Positions 51,631-63,105 are shown, numbered from the stretch's first letter. The stretch: DNA of 64,000 bases from an uncultured delta proteobacterium (GCA_963733195.1 CAVTCR010000081.1:128001-192000), one strand, 5' to 3'. Numbers and translations are program-made. The notes: generated by a model from the sequence alone, not told the origin.

Positions 51631-53760
51631 ATGCAAGCGACAGAATCGGCTATTCTGCTACAGAATTTGGTCTCTCTCTCAGAGGGATTTTCACAGCTTG
51701 GCACACGGTTATCACAAGCGGCGAATGTCCTACAGGCGACGGGCATGCCACCGGCAAAGACGCTAATCGACGAGATCACTACCTCCCGCAATTCGTTTAC
51801 TGAATTGTGTGCAAAGGGCGTCGCTCTCGCTGAGGCTCTTGCCCTTTCGCCAGCACCCAAACCCGAAACGATTGTGTCGCTCAACGATCTCAAGTCGTTA
51901 TTGCAGACCATTACCCAGGCTGAGGAAAAGAGAAAGGCCATGCAAGAGCTGTCACAACGAGCCCTGGCAACGTTGGATCGGCTCTACGCGATTAGGCATC
52001 GAGAGCGTGATGTGTTCACGCCGTTAGCGGAATGTCAAATGCGTGGCACCGTGCTTCGCAATGCCATTACCGAGACCCCGTGGCCAAAGTTACATCCCAG
52101 CGTCGAAGAGTTAGCAAAAGCGGATAATCCGTTTGTTGCCCTCCTGACTCTCGTCGAACAAGGAGAGAAGCTTGAAGACGACCATTGTATGCGGTTGCAA
52201 GAGATTGTCGAACGTGCGTTTAACAAATCGCTTGCTATCGCTGCTTTACGGGGAAAGCTCACCTTCTTATCTGATAATGAACCTGTGCGAGAGATTCGGA
52301 CTATAAGCCCACAGTCGGCAACGAAAACTGAACGTAGTGGCATCCCTAACAGCACGCGACCGGGTTTGGAATCGTCCCCAATCAGCGTATCTGGCGGGGT
52401 GGTTCCCAAAGTCGAGAGTGAGAAACAATCAGCCGTATTCGCCGATGCACGTACTGTCAATAAAGAGATCAAGCCGGAGGTGCTATGGGCAAATGATCTG
52501 CCCCGTTCATTTTCCGAAGCGAGCGGCGAGAGCAAACCCTCTTCCCTTGCGGATATACAGAATGGGATGAAGGGCGTGAAAGCAGAACCGTCCTCTGCGA
52601 GGGAACCAGTGCAGTTTCGCATGGTGCCCGAAACTGGAGACGGGAACAGCGTCACATTTTCTGCGTCCACAATGACCGATGAACCAATTGCTCTAAATCT
52701 GGCTCCCCTCAGCGATACGCCTGAGTTACAGGACGATCCGATACTGATTCCATCTTCTGCCCCCACCATGACAGACCATGGAGCAGAGACAATAGGAGGC
52801 GGGAGTGTTGATGTATTCTATCGCTGCGAGGCAGACGACAAAGCGCAAAAGATCGCCAATATGTTACTGACGAGAGCTTATGGATTAGTAGAGGAGAAAC
52901 CTGCCTTTCTGCGGGACTTAGTGTGGCGGCTCATCTTTGAAGAGAAACTGAGCCTTGCCTTTCATGTCGCTCGTTGCCTAGAAATACAACACCCAGAGTT
53001 TTATCCACGGCTGCCGTCCTGGTTGCTCCGCACAATTGTTCTTGGCCAGCGTGTCCGGAATCCAGCGGGAGACATTGCCCGCCTCTTGAAGGACGATTTC
53101 GCTCGTTGTGATACTGACTGTCGCACAACGGGTGATAAGGGGTGGGATCTTGCAGTCGAGCTCCTTCTACTCGCAGGAGCATTCCTTCCTGCTCTACTTG
53201 CGCCTGACACACGGGCCTCAACCATTCTCCATGGTGTGTGCCTTGGCGACGGTCTAGAGAATCTCTCTACCTACTGTAATGCCATCGCATTGTACGGGGA
53301 TTTGCTTGTCCCTCTTGATCCGACGATGCTCAAGAAGTCAAGCCGGATGCAGGCGAAAGAATCTGTAGGCTTCATGCGTCGCTTCATCGGGAATCAGGAA
53401 AACGGTATACGAAAAGATGTTGTTTCAGAGCAAACAGAGCCGCTTCGCATTGAGCTTAGCAATCGACACCAGACAGTGATCGATGAACTGAGTCTTTTAA
53501 AAACCGCTAATTCCTCCCTTGCGTTGCTCGGTAGTCTTGCCTGTTGCCGACGAGCGATTGAGAACGTGGCCCTCCTCTTTGACCCAGAGACATCGTTTTC
53601 TTTCGATGAGCCGTTACCTCGCCCGCTCTTGAATGCGGACCTCTCGCGCATTCCGACGTTGGTATTGAACAAGCAAGGCGAAGTGGAGGGGATCGATCAG
53701 CCGGCGTTTCTAGAAAGTTTGTTAAGGCTGATAGCCAGCGGGTCACTGAAGATGCTCTAA
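51631..53760 (+). CDS. Hypothetical 709-aa protein
   Basis: Long ORF after a ggggg SD-like stretch; helical N-domain, Ser/Pro-rich linker, helical C-domain. Confidence 0.7.
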   Translation: MQATESAILLQNLVSLSEGFSQLGTRLSQAANVLQATGMPPAKTLIDEITTSRNSFTELCAKGVALAEALALSPAPKPETIVSLNDLKSLLQTITQAEEKRKAMQELSQRALATLDRLYAIRHRERDVFTPLAECQMRGTVLRNAITETPWPKLHPSVEELAKADNPFVALLTLVEQGEKLEDDHCMRLQEIVERAFNKSLAIAALRGKLTFLSDNEPVREIRTISPQSATKTERSGIPNSTRPGLESSPISVSGGVVPKVESEKQSAVFADARTVNKEIKPEVLWANDLPRSFSEASGESKPSSLADIQNGMKGVKAEPSSAREPVQFRMVPETGDGNSVTFSASTMTDEPIALNLAPLSDTPELQDDPILIPSSAPTMTDHGAETIGGGSVDVFYRCEADDKAQKIANMLLTRAYGLVEEKPAFLRDLVWRLIFEEKLSLAFHVARCLEIQHPEFYPRLPSWLLRTIVLGQRVRNPAGDIARLLKDDFARCDTDCRTTGDKGWDLAVELLLLAGAFLPALLAPDTRASTILHGVCLGDGLENLSTYCNAIALYGDLLVPLDPTMLKKSSRMQAKESVGFMRRFIGNQENGIRKDVVSEQTEPLRIELSNRHQTVIDELSLLKTANSSLALLGSLACCRRAIENVALLFDPETSFSFDEPLPRPLLNADLSRIPTLVLNKQGEVEGIDQPAFLESLLRLIASGSLKML

Positions 53761-53800
53761 AGCAAATTGCAATTGTTTTTACTCTATACCTCAACTTTCG

Positions 53801-53867
53801 ACCCTCACCCTAGCCCTCTCTCTACCAGGGAAAGGGCAGCACGAGCGGAACGCGTGCGGGTGAGGGT
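53801..53867. repeat. REP-like palindrome between convergent genes
   Basis: accctcaccc...gggtgagggt 10-bp IR with internal ccctctc/gggaaaggg. Confidence 0.6.
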
Positions 53868-53909
53868 AAGGTGCACGGTACACCCAAGTGGAATCCGCTC
53901 TATCAGCAA

Positions 53910-54377
53910 TTAATCCAACGTAATAAACAGTGACTTGCGGGGTTTGCCGCCGACCGCGCGGCTAATGTGCCCTTGGCCGGTGGTGTCTTCGGCCAACAGA
54001 ATGTCGCCGCTTCGCAGAAGGCGCTTGGTGCCGTCACCCACTTCAATCTCTACTTCGCCCTCCAGGTTGACTACATACTGTCGTCGTGGTGCGTTGTGAA
54101 AATCAAAATTGTACGAGCCGTCAGTTTCGCGAAACACCACGCCAGTGGCCTTCTCTAATGCGGACATGAATCCAGCTTTGCCACCATCCTTTAGCTGAAC
54201 TTCGATATCCTCGAAATGCGATTTATTGTCTGCGCCGGTATATACACGGGTAATCTTCATCGTTCGTCCTCCTGTGTTGGCGAAAATTTCTTGTGGTCGT
54301 AGTGTGTCTGTGTTCCACATGGTCGTAAAGAACAGGGCGAGAATCGCTCCAACCCCAACCGCTTTCTTCGGTGACAC
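53910..54377 (-). CDS. Cupin-like protein (alternative start 54260)
   Basis: SHFED, FHNAPRRQYVV.L.G, GDILLAEDTTGQGH. Confidence 0.8.
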   Translation of the reverse strand: MSPKKAVGVGAILALFFTTMWNTDTLRPQEIFANTGGRTMKITRVYTGADNKSHFEDIEVQLKDGGKAGFMSALEKATGVVFRETDGSYNFDFHNAPRRQYVVNLEGEVEIEVGDGTKRLLRSGDILLAEDTTGQGHISRAVGGKPRKSLFITLD

Positions 54378-54543
54378 AGCCGTCTCCCTTCTCTTCGAGA
54401 ATTGCGACCTTGTTCTATGTCATTGTCGAGGGATTGAGAAGGCTACGTACTTGGCAGATTCCTTGTGCTGGAGATTGAAATCCCTGACTACCATCAGGGG
54501 CCCTTCGTAAGCCGGGATAAGGCTGCAGGCCATTCCCGCAATC

Positions 54544-56830
54544 TTACTTTTCCGTCCCTGGCAAGAGAACACCACCTGATTTCTTATCTGGCGGGGCAGC
54601 AAAGGTTGGTCGATCAAGCTGTTTTTGCCACTGTGGCGGTGCTTTGTGGTCACGCAAGAAATTACGGAACCGGTCGCGCTCGCCAGACGAATGCGCAGCA
54701 ATCTCGGTTTCATCGCGCACGATGTGCGGGGTCAGAAAAATCAACAAATTGATCTTGTCATTATGCACATCGTCCGTACGGAAAAAATTCCCCAACACTG
54801 GCATGTCTTGGAGATACGGAACGCCAGAACGTCGTCGGACCGAGTTGTCGGAGATCAGGCCGCCAATAACCACCGTTTGTCCATTCTTCGCCACCACGGT
54901 CGTACTGGCCGAACGCACGGAGGTTGTGGGGCCGACGAGATCGGGATCACCAACCACAGTCGGTACAATCGCTGAGACTTCTTCATAGACATCGAGTCGG
55001 ACTGTCTCCCCTTCAGAGATCTGTGGTGTGAGCCGTAAGGTGATACCGACATCCTCGCGTTCTACATTAGCAAACAGGTTGTTGAGCTGAGAGGCATCTG
55101 TCGCTCGGCTGGTGATGAACGGTACGTTTTGACCGACTAGAATTTCAGCCTCCTGGTTATCAGCGGTCAATAATGTTGGGGCGGAGAGCACGTTGATGTC
55201 TCTACTGTTTTGCACGGCACGCAACAGTGCAGCTTGTGCAGGAACACGAGTACCATCGGGAAGTTCAATGGTTTTGTTACTCGCCGCAGCGAGCGAGTAA
55301 GCCTGAGAGGCTCGCGGGATTAGTTAAAGCTGTGTTTAAATCTTTAAAATTCGTGCGGCCAAGGGCGACACCCTCACCGCCTAGACTAAAGGCATATTGG
55401 AGTTCAATACCTAACTCCCGGGCTCTCGCCATACTAACTTCGAGAATAATCGCTTCGACGTAGACTTGCCGGCGACGGACATCGAGTTGTTCAATAACTG
55501 TCTTCAAGGTGGCGAAATCTTGTGGCGCGGCGCTAATAAGTAACGAGTTCGTCGTGGGATCTGCAGAAATAGTGACTTCGCTACTGAATTCTGGAGAGCT
55601 CGCGGAAACGGTACCTCCACCGGACGGTGCGGTCGGGAGTTGGGAAGAGGAAGGGGATCGCTCAGCTAATCCTGAACCATAGCGGTCGCTACTTCTGCCG
55701 AAACGTTGATCTCGAGTATAGCGCCGTTCGCGACGAGGAATATTGAGCGAACGGCTTTCTCCTGTGCTGCCGGTGCTACCATCAATTAAGTCTGCCAACA
55801 CTGGCAGTAGCTCTTCGGCATTGGCATATTTGAGCGCGTAGACATGAATCTTGCTGTGGCCTGGCGGAAGTGGGACGTCAAGCTGATGAACTAAACGGTG
55901 GACTGTTTTCAATTCTCGAGGGCCCCCCATGACAATGAGTGAGTTCGTGCGTTCATCGGGTAACACACGTATCGTCCGAGTGCTACTCGAGCTTGGTGGA
56001 GGGTTGTTTGTTGCAGCCGTGGTCGCTGCGGTTGTTATAATCTTGACCCGTGATCCAGTCGGGCTGTCGCTATTGCCCTGATCTTTCATGATTTCTTCAA
56101 TTTTCTTAGATAAATCCGTTGCAATGGCATGCTTGAGGGGAATCACCTCCGTGAGGCGCTCATATCCTTCGACATCAAGGTCCTCTAGCATGCCGAGTAA
56201 GCGCTTGACGTTCGTTGCCGCGTCGGTGAGGATTAACGAATTGGTTTGCGGGTACGGCAGCACTAAACCGTCGCCAGAAACCATCGGCTGTAGGACTTGA
56301 ACCATTTCGGCAGCGCTGACATGGCGTAAAGGAACTAATCGGGTAATAAATTCGTCTCCGACAGTGGCTAACGAACCATTATACAGGGTTGGCAGGCCAA
56401 CTTGTTTCGCTTCTTTACTCGGGACGATTTTTACCACTTGGCCACTTTGTACGGTGGTAAACCCTTTTACTTGCAGGACTGACTGAAAGATGGCGTAGGC
56501 TTCATCTGTGGTGACTTTGGTGGGAGAGATGACCGTGACTTTGCCACGCACTTTCTCATCGACAATAAAGTTTCGATGGGTGATCTCGCTGATGAACTGC
56601 GCCAGGACAGGGATATCGATGTCTTGAAAGTTCATCGTGACCAGGTTGTCTGACGATGGCGGCAGCGGCTTCTTGCCGTTGGTTGCAGGCGCGAACCCGT
56701 GGTGTTGTGTGTCGGCGTCGTCCACGCTGTCGTTCTGCGACTGCGGATGTTGTTGTGTCCAACCCACCGAGCCATGCACAAGCACGAGCAAGGTGGTCAC
56801 CAGACCGATCACATGATTAGCGAATTTCAT
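54544..56830 (-). CDS. gspD: Type II secretion secretin, frameshifted at about 55225-55295
   Basis: MNFQDIDI, VRGKVTVISP, DERTNSL, LDVRRRQVYVEAIILEV, SAPTLLT.DN.EA, VP.L.D.PVLG, IFLTPHIV. Confidence 0.92.
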
Positions 56831-57710
56831 AAGAAAGCGATGTCGGTTGCTGGTTACGAAGCACATCGACTCGGATTTGTGGGTGCCCTTGGAGATCTTG
56901 TAAGAGCTGAAAGGCGGTACTTGGGTCTGAAATTTCTACGCCGTTGACACGTTGGATCACATCTCCGTTTTTCAAGCCAATGCGATCAATGAGGCTGTCA
57001 GGTTTGATTTGAAACAGTCGGAAGCCCTGCACGACACCCTCTTGTAGCGAATAGGGAACCGCACGGACTTGGGTGAACAGTTCACTCAGGTTGTTGATCG
57101 CATGATCAACCTCTCGGCGGTCGATCTGGTAACTATCTTGCGCCAGTTGTCGCACGCCTTCCGGAGTACTTTGACTTGCGAGCGTAGAGATAGGGACGGT
57201 TGGCGGCTGTCCCGGTATTGCAGGTAAGTCTTTGGGCAAGAGGAGCGTTTCTCGTTTTCCGTCACGCTCAATGGTGATGCGATCCCAACCTACTTGCACC
57301 AGGATGATACCAGGAGCTACGAGATCTCCCTCGCGGTACAGCCCTTGCGTACGGGTGGTTTGGTTCTCGACGATGGCAAAGGCACGGTCCTGCATACTGG
57401 TGGCGGTGCCAAGGAGTCGGATATTTGCATTACTGGTGGCAGCGACGAGTGCTGTTCCTTCGTGCGTCGTCGGTGCTTTTGTAGAATTAAAAAGGTCGCG
57501 CACGTAGACAATCGCGTATGAGGAGAGCGGTGGCTTTGTTTGTGGAGTGCGAGAAAATGAAGTCTCATGTCGCTGCGGAACTGACGGCGAGAGCGCCAGT
57601 TTGGTGGCGACGACCGTGTTGACAGAGAGAGCGCAAAAGTACGCTAGTCCTGTTAACAGTGACACACGCGCACTGAGGAGAAGAACCCGCACACCTACCA
57701 CCACATCCAC
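56817..57710 (-). CDS. gspC: Type II secretion protein C (TM-HR-PDZ)
   Basis: N-terminal TM, LLGT...AFAIVE, PDZ GF.L..IKPDS...IGLKNGDVI..VNG. Confidence 0.88.
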   Translation of the reverse strand: MDVVVGVRVLLLSARVSLLTGLAYFCALSVNTVVATKLALSPSVPQRHETSFSRTPQTKPPLSSYAIVYVRDLFNSTKAPTTHEGTALVAATSNANIRLLGTATSMQDRAFAIVENQTTRTQGLYREGDLVAPGIILVQVGWDRITIERDGKRETLLLPKDLPAIPGQPPTVPISTLASQSTPEGVRQLAQDSYQIDRREVDHAINNLSELFTQVRAVPYSLQEGVVQGFRLFQIKPDSLIDRIGLKNGDVIQRVNGVEISDPSTAFQLLQDLQGHPQIRVDVLRNQQPTSLSYEIR

Positions 57711-57856
57711 CTTTCAGCCTATGGTGGCAGGATAGGTGAAAGCCGATGGCAATTCAAGCTTTCCGTGAAATTTGTTGCTGTAACCTGATGGCGAACAAAG
57801 AAAGATTTACCTTCCTCATTGACTCGTTGCTCGTTCTTGGTTAAGCCCGTTGCTCT

Positions 57857-59341
57857 ATGGAAGACAATGAGCAAATCCTCGTTCGTAAGAACAAACTGGC
57901 GGCGCTGAAAGAGTCTGGCGTAGAAGCCTATCCGAATGATTTTTTTCCTTCCCATACGACCGCAGAGTTGCACAAACGCTTCGCCGGAACAAACGAAGAA
58001 GATCTCGCCAAAGGAGCCGAGGTCACGACGGTTGCTGGCCGTATCATGTCGGTGCGCCACTTCGGCAAAGCCGCGTTTTTTCATCTGCAAGATCGTAGCG
58101 GACAGATTCAGGTCTATGTTCGTCAGGGAGACAGTCCGCCGGAAGCCGTGACTCTTCTCAAAGAATCTCTCGATGTCGGCGATATTGTCGGCGTTACCGG
58201 ACCGCTGTTCCGTACGCGCACGGGTGAACTGACCATCAAAGCCACAACCCTGCGCTTGCTAAGTAAAGCACTGATTCCACTCCCAGAAAAATGGCATGGT
58301 TTGCAAGATGTCGAGGCGCGGTATCGCCAGCGCTATCTTGACCTGATCGTCAATCCGCAGGCGCGCGAGACCTTCCGCAAACGGGCAAAGATTATTGAGA
58401 TTATTCGCCGTTTCTTTCAAGAACGTGACTTCATTGAAGTCGAAACGCCGATGATGCAGAGTCTTGCAGGTGGTGCGTTGGCACGACCGTTTATCACGCA
58501 TCATAACACCTTGGATATCGACCTCTATTTGCGGATCGCACCGGAACTGTTCCTGAAGCGCCTAGTTGTGGGTGGCTTCGATCGAGTGTTTGAATTCGGT
58601 CGCAATTTTCGTAACGAAGGCATATCGACCAGACATAACCCCGAGTACACCATGTTGGAGTTCTATCAGGCCTACGCTACCTACGAGCATTTGATGACCC
58701 AGACCGAGGAGTTGTTTGTCCGCCTCGCCCAAGAAGTGAACGGCGGCCTACGGGTAACCTATGGAGAGCATGAGATTGATCTCTCTCCTCCGTGGCGGCG
58801 ACTTGGGTTGAAGGAAGGAGTCTGTGAATATACTGGACTGACACTAGAGGAGGCAGATCAGGAGGAGACGTTGCGGGCCAAGGCCCATGAGCTTGGCATT
58901 CATCCACCAGCGTCTGCTCCATTAGGAAAAGTGCTTGAGGAAATCTTCGGGGTAGCTGTTGAACCGCATCTGATCCAGCCGACTTTTGTGGTGAGCTATC
59001 CCGTAGAAGTTTCGCCTTTAGCGCGGCGCAATCACACTGATCCCCGCTTCGTTGATCGCTTTGAGCTGTACGTTGCCGGTCGCGAGATTGCCAACGCCTT
59101 CTCAGAGTTAAATGACCCTGAGGATCAGTTGCAGCGCTTTGTCGAACAATTGCACGAACGCGAGGCTGGGGACCAAGAAGCGCACGCGCTTGATGAAGAC
59201 TACGTGCGCGCACTGGAGTATGGGCTCCCGCCGACGGCTGGAGAAGGAATCGGCATTGATCGGCTCGTTATGTTGCTGACCAACTCGCCGTCCATACGTG
59301 ATGTGATTCTGTTCCCGCAAATGCGGCCAGAGAAAAAATAA
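57857..59341 (+). CDS. lysS: Lysyl-tRNA synthetase class II
   Basis: VAGRIM, RYRQRYLDL, LRIAPEL.LKRL, FRNEG, YGLPPTAG.GIGIDR. Confidence 0.97.
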   Translation: MEDNEQILVRKNKLAALKESGVEAYPNDFFPSHTTAELHKRFAGTNEEDLAKGAEVTTVAGRIMSVRHFGKAAFFHLQDRSGQIQVYVRQGDSPPEAVTLLKESLDVGDIVGVTGPLFRTRTGELTIKATTLRLLSKALIPLPEKWHGLQDVEARYRQRYLDLIVNPQARETFRKRAKIIEIIRRFFQERDFIEVETPMMQSLAGGALARPFITHHNTLDIDLYLRIAPELFLKRLVVGGFDRVFEFGRNFRNEGISTRHNPEYTMLEFYQAYATYEHLMTQTEELFVRLAQEVNGGLRVTYGEHEIDLSPPWRRLGLKEGVCEYTGLTLEEADQEETLRAKAHELGIHPPASAPLGKVLEEIFGVAVEPHLIQPTFVVSYPVEVSPLARRNHTDPRFVDRFELYVAGREIANAFSELNDPEDQLQRFVEQLHEREAGDQEAHALDEDYVRALEYGLPPTAGEGIGIDRLVMLLTNSPSIRDVILFPQMRPEKK

Positions 59342-59414
59342 TGTCTAGGTTCACATAAGAGAGGCTGGTACAATCGGGAAGGAGAGAGAGGGGTATCATG
59401 AGGAATAAAAGGCC

Positions 59415-60782
59415 ATGCCACTCGGACAGACTATAGAAGCTGAGACCAAGGAGGTGCGCGAAGCCACTGCGCCGCTCCACGCTCCACTCTCCGATCGTAA
59501 GCCTTTCTTTTCCCTGCCATACGAACTCTTCGTGAGCCTTCGTTACTTGCGAGCGAAGCGCCGTGAACGGTTCATCTCGCTGATTACGTTTTTCTCTACG
59601 CTGGGAGTGCTGCTAGGGGTGATGACGCTTAACATCGTTCTCGCGGTCATGACTGGTTTTGAAGAAGACTTGCGCAATCGTATTCTGGGCTTTAACCCTC
59701 ATGTCCTCGTCTCGAGCTATAGCAACACGATTACTAACTACAAGCCTGCGGTTGAGAAAGCAAAGCAGGTACCGGGAGTCATTGCTGCGACTCCTGTTGT
59801 GTATGGCCAGGTGATGGTTAGCTCGCGTCAGCGCGTATCCGGTGTTGTCGTGCGCGCAGTCGAGCCAGAACTCGCCAGCTCAGTCGTGAACGTTGTTGCC
59901 CACGTCGGAGTCGGCACCTTGGACGATCTCGGGAAAGAACGAGACATCACCATTAGTGAAGAAGGAGAAATGCGCAGCGTGCGTCTCTCTGGGGTCGTCA
60001 TCGGTGAAGAGCTACGAAAGCAACTGGAAGTGGAAGTTGGTGAACCGATCAGCCTCGTGTCTCCGTTACAGACGACTCCTGGGCCACTTGGGATGGTGCC
60101 AAAGGTAAAACGTTTCTTTGTTGCTGCTGCATTTAAGTCTGGGATGGTCGATTATGACGGCACGCTGATTTACATGGGGCTGGCTGACGCGCAGAAGTTT
60201 TTTGCGATCGGCGACCAGGTCACTGGTATCGAAGTACGAGTCCAGGACCCCTACAACGCACCAGAAGTGGCGAACGTGTTACAGTCGCAGCTCGGCATTC
60301 CCTATACAGCGCGTGACTGGACGAAGATCAACAGTAACATCTTTGTTGCGTTGAAACTGGAGAAGTTCGTTTACTCGCTTGTGATTCTACTTATCGTGCT
60401 GGTGGCTGCGTTCAACATCATTGCCACGCTGATTATGGTGGTGATGGAAAAGCGCAAAGATATTGCTGTGCTCAAGTCGATTGGCGCAACCAGCAAATCC
60501 ATTAGTCGCATCTTTATTTTCAAAGGATTCGTGATCGGTGCGATTGGTGCGCTCTTGGGCACTGTGTGTGGCTATGGTGTGTGTTGGATGATGCAGGAGG
60601 GATACATTCGTGTGCCATTGCCTCCCGATGTGTTTTACGTCAATACCGTGCCGATCAAAATCTACTCAGAGAATTTTCTCCTGGTCGGAGCCGCAGCGTT
60701 GCTCATCTGTTTGCTTGCCACCATTTATCCTGCACGCCAAGCTGCGAAACTCTCACCGGTAGAAGTGATCCGCTATGAGTAA
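59415..60782 (+). CDS. lolE: Lipoprotein-releasing ABC permease LolC/E
   Basis: RYLRAKR, VMTGFE, VAAFNII.TL.M.V.EK..DIA.L, YPA..AA...P. Confidence 0.9.
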   Translation: MPLGQTIEAETKEVREATAPLHAPLSDRKPFFSLPYELFVSLRYLRAKRRERFISLITFFSTLGVLLGVMTLNIVLAVMTGFEEDLRNRILGFNPHVLVSSYSNTITNYKPAVEKAKQVPGVIAATPVVYGQVMVSSRQRVSGVVVRAVEPELASSVVNVVAHVGVGTLDDLGKERDITISEEGEMRSVRLSGVVIGEELRKQLEVEVGEPISLVSPLQTTPGPLGMVPKVKRFFVAAAFKSGMVDYDGTLIYMGLADAQKFFAIGDQVTGIEVRVQDPYNAPEVANVLQSQLGIPYTARDWTKINSNIFVALKLEKFVYSLVILLIVLVAAFNIIATLIMVVMEKRKDIAVLKSIGATSKSISRIFIFKGFVIGAIGALLGTVCGYGVCWMMQEGYIRVPLPPDVFYVNTVPIKIYSENFLLVGAAALLICLLATIYPARQAAKLSPVEVIRYE

Positions 60783-60906
60783 GTTCAAAGTTTAAAGATT
60801 AATGAACGTGAACGATGAATAGCAAAGGAAGAAAGGTTAGAGCGACAGTTTTTTTCTCGTTCTTTTTCTCTCACTGACTACTGAATGCTGACAACTGATG
60901 ACTACT
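60780..60906 (+). repeat. Heptamer arrays at the lolE/lolD junction
   Basis: ttcaaag tttaaag; atgaacg tgaacga tgaatag; cactgac tactgaa tgctgac aactga. Confidence 0.8.
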
Positions 60907-60914
60907 TCAGCTCT

Positions 60915-61613
60915 ATGTCTGAAGTCCTGATCCGTGCTGAACAGATAGGCAAAAGCTACGGCGACGGCGAGCATGTCGTCCGCGTGTTTGCCGAGTTAGA
61001 TCTGACTATCCACCGACGTGAGCGGGTAGCGATTATCGGCGAGTCAGGGGTGGGGAAGAGTACGCTGCTGCATATTCTTGGGACCTTGGATCGACCCAGC
61101 GAAGGGAAGGTTTTTCTCGATGGGCAGGACTTTTTCGCGCTTCCAGAACCCGAGCTTGCGTCACTGCGCAACCGCGAGATCGGTTTTATCTTTCAGTTTC
61201 ATCATCTTATGCCGGACTTCACCGCGCTTGAGAACGTGATGATGCCGACCCTCGTCGCTGGGGCAAGTTGGCCGGAGGCACGGAAACGGGCGACCGAAAT
61301 GCTCCAGCGAGTAGGGCTGGCTGACCGCGTGACGCATCGTCCGGGAGAACTCTCAGGTGGTGAGCAACAGCGTGTTGCAGTTGCTCGTGCATTGGTGTTG
61401 CGGCCTCGTCTCATCCTTGCCGACGAGCCAACAGGAAATCTTGATCCGGCGACCGGTGAGAGCGTGTTGCGGTTGCTGCTCTCGCTCAATCATGAACTCG
61501 GGGTGACGATGGTGATTGTCACTCATAGTGAAAAACTTGCCGCGGCTATGGACCGAACGTTGCGGTTGACCGGTGGCACCCTCGTTGATGTGACGGCGAC
61601 GCATCATCAATAG
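60915..61613 (+). CDS. lolD: Lipoprotein-releasing ABC ATPase
   Basis: GESGVGKST, FQFHHL, LSGGEQQR, ADEPTGNLD. Confidence 0.92.
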   Translation: MSEVLIRAEQIGKSYGDGEHVVRVFAELDLTIHRRERVAIIGESGVGKSTLLHILGTLDRPSEGKVFLDGQDFFALPEPELASLRNREIGFIFQFHHLMPDFTALENVMMPTLVAGASWPEARKRATEMLQRVGLADRVTHRPGELSGGEQQRVAVARALVLRPRLILADEPTGNLDPATGESVLRLLLSLNHELGVTMVIVTHSEKLAAAMDRTLRLTGGTLVDVTATHHQ

Positions 61614-61659
61614 TGACGCTCCGGTGGAACGTCACGACCAAGGGGCGTCTGTTCCAATA

Positions 61660-63105
61660 CTATCGCACCACCTGATTCGTTGGTGCAGCCGGCGGTGCAG
61701 TTGGCGTCAGAGTTCCTATCGTCTTGAATCCTGCCATGATCTTCCATCCTGGGTTCGTAGAATTCGTTTCCCTTTCGTATGCTCCAACATCGAAGGGACC
61801 GGTGCGTGTTGTGTCATTAAAATCCGTGGGCGCGACCAAATTCGTATCAGCTTTGCCGAGAAGGATCGAGGTGGCAGGAGGCCAGAAATTGAACTGGGCT
61901 GGATCGGTAAAGGCAGCCGTAGCAGCTCCACCGGAGAGGAATGCGTTATTGTCGATCGTCACTCCGATCAGGCCGCCTGTTACGTAGTTTGCTCGGACCG
62001 TGATTCCCGCTCGACTTAATCCGGTAGCGTTGACAGCGGTTTTTTCCGGGCAGTAGCTTGCGTTATTCGCCAACACCCCATTACTGACGGTGTCCCAGTG
62101 GATGAGGAAACACTCTGAGCCCCCATAGATGGTGTTGTTCACGATCGTGAGGTTTTTCTTGATAGCAACTGCATTGTGAGGATAGGAAGAAAGCCCCTGA
62201 TCAGAGTTCACAATAATATTGTTGCGCACGATCGCATCAGACACGGCAAAGATTCCTTCGCCGCAATTCCACATGCTGTTTCCTTCAACGATATTGGCTG
62301 CCGCACCACCTCCATAGACGAAAATGCAGGGATAGCGCTTGCCAATGGTCGTGTCATGGATCACGTTATCTCGGATGATGTTGCCGGATGAGCCAACTTT
62401 GACCTCAATGCCGTCGTTGCCGCCGCCGCTAGTGGCGCGGAGATGATGAATATAGTTGTCCTCGATGAAACTATTGGTGACTTGGCACGAGCCATCGTGA
62501 CACCCTAAATATATACCCTCTCCTTCGGTAGAGTCTGCTGTGCTTAACCCTGTATGGTGGATATGGTTCCGACGAATAATGAGGGAGTCGGCACTGGCAC
62601 TGTTGACCGGAATCGCGTTATTCAGCGTCTCAAATATCTCACAGTCTTCGATCGTGACATGATGGCCGCCTATGATACGGACACCAGAATTTCCTCCCTG
62701 GAAACGCAGACCGCGAATGACAAGATGTGATGAGCGGTCGATTTCAAGGTTGTTCTGTTGGGTGCTACTGGCTGCTGTCCGGAGCAGGAGTGGCCGCTCC
62801 CCAGCAGCAGCACGAATAATAATGGGATTTGCCTCCGTACCATTCACCGAGATCGCACGGCGACAGCTCTGGGAGTACGTGCCATCGTGTAAAACCAATT
62901 CGTCCCCAGGCTCCAGTGAATTGGCAACATTCTCAAACTGCTCGTCGCAAGTTGCGGTCGTCGGCGGGAAAATTTCGATAACAGCAGCGTCCCCTTGCTT
63001 TAAGGCAATAAGGAGCCAGGTTGTGAGACACATGACAAGCTGATAGGTGCGAAGGTGAAACAAATGCAGCCAAGAGTGTCGGTGACGAGGTGGTCGTTGT
63101 CTCAT
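61660..63105 (-). CDS. Secreted right-handed parallel beta-helix protein
   Basis: Signal-like N-terminus, PGD...L..GTY, repeated I..N.IH, GEGIY.G, DGIEVK, DVGAYE. Confidence 0.8.
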   Translation of the reverse strand: MRQRPPRHRHSWLHLFHLRTYQLVMCLTTWLLIALKQGDAAVIEIFPPTTATCDEQFENVANSLEPGDELVLHDGTYSQSCRRAISVNGTEANPIIIRAAAGERPLLLRTAASSTQQNNLEIDRSSHLVIRGLRFQGGNSGVRIIGGHHVTIEDCEIFETLNNAIPVNSASADSLIIRRNHIHHTGLSTADSTEGEGIYLGCHDGSCQVTNSFIEDNYIHHLRATSGGGNDGIEVKVGSSGNIIRDNVIHDTTIGKRYPCIFVYGGGAAANIVEGNSMWNCGEGIFAVSDAIVRNNIIVNSDQGLSSYPHNAVAIKKNLTIVNNTIYGGSECFLIHWDTVSNGVLANNASYCPEKTAVNATGLSRAGITVRANYVTGGLIGVTIDNNAFLSGGAATAAFTDPAQFNFWPPATSILLGKADTNLVAPTDFNDTTRTGPFDVGAYERETNSTNPGWKIMAGFKTIGTLTPTAPPAAPTNQVVR

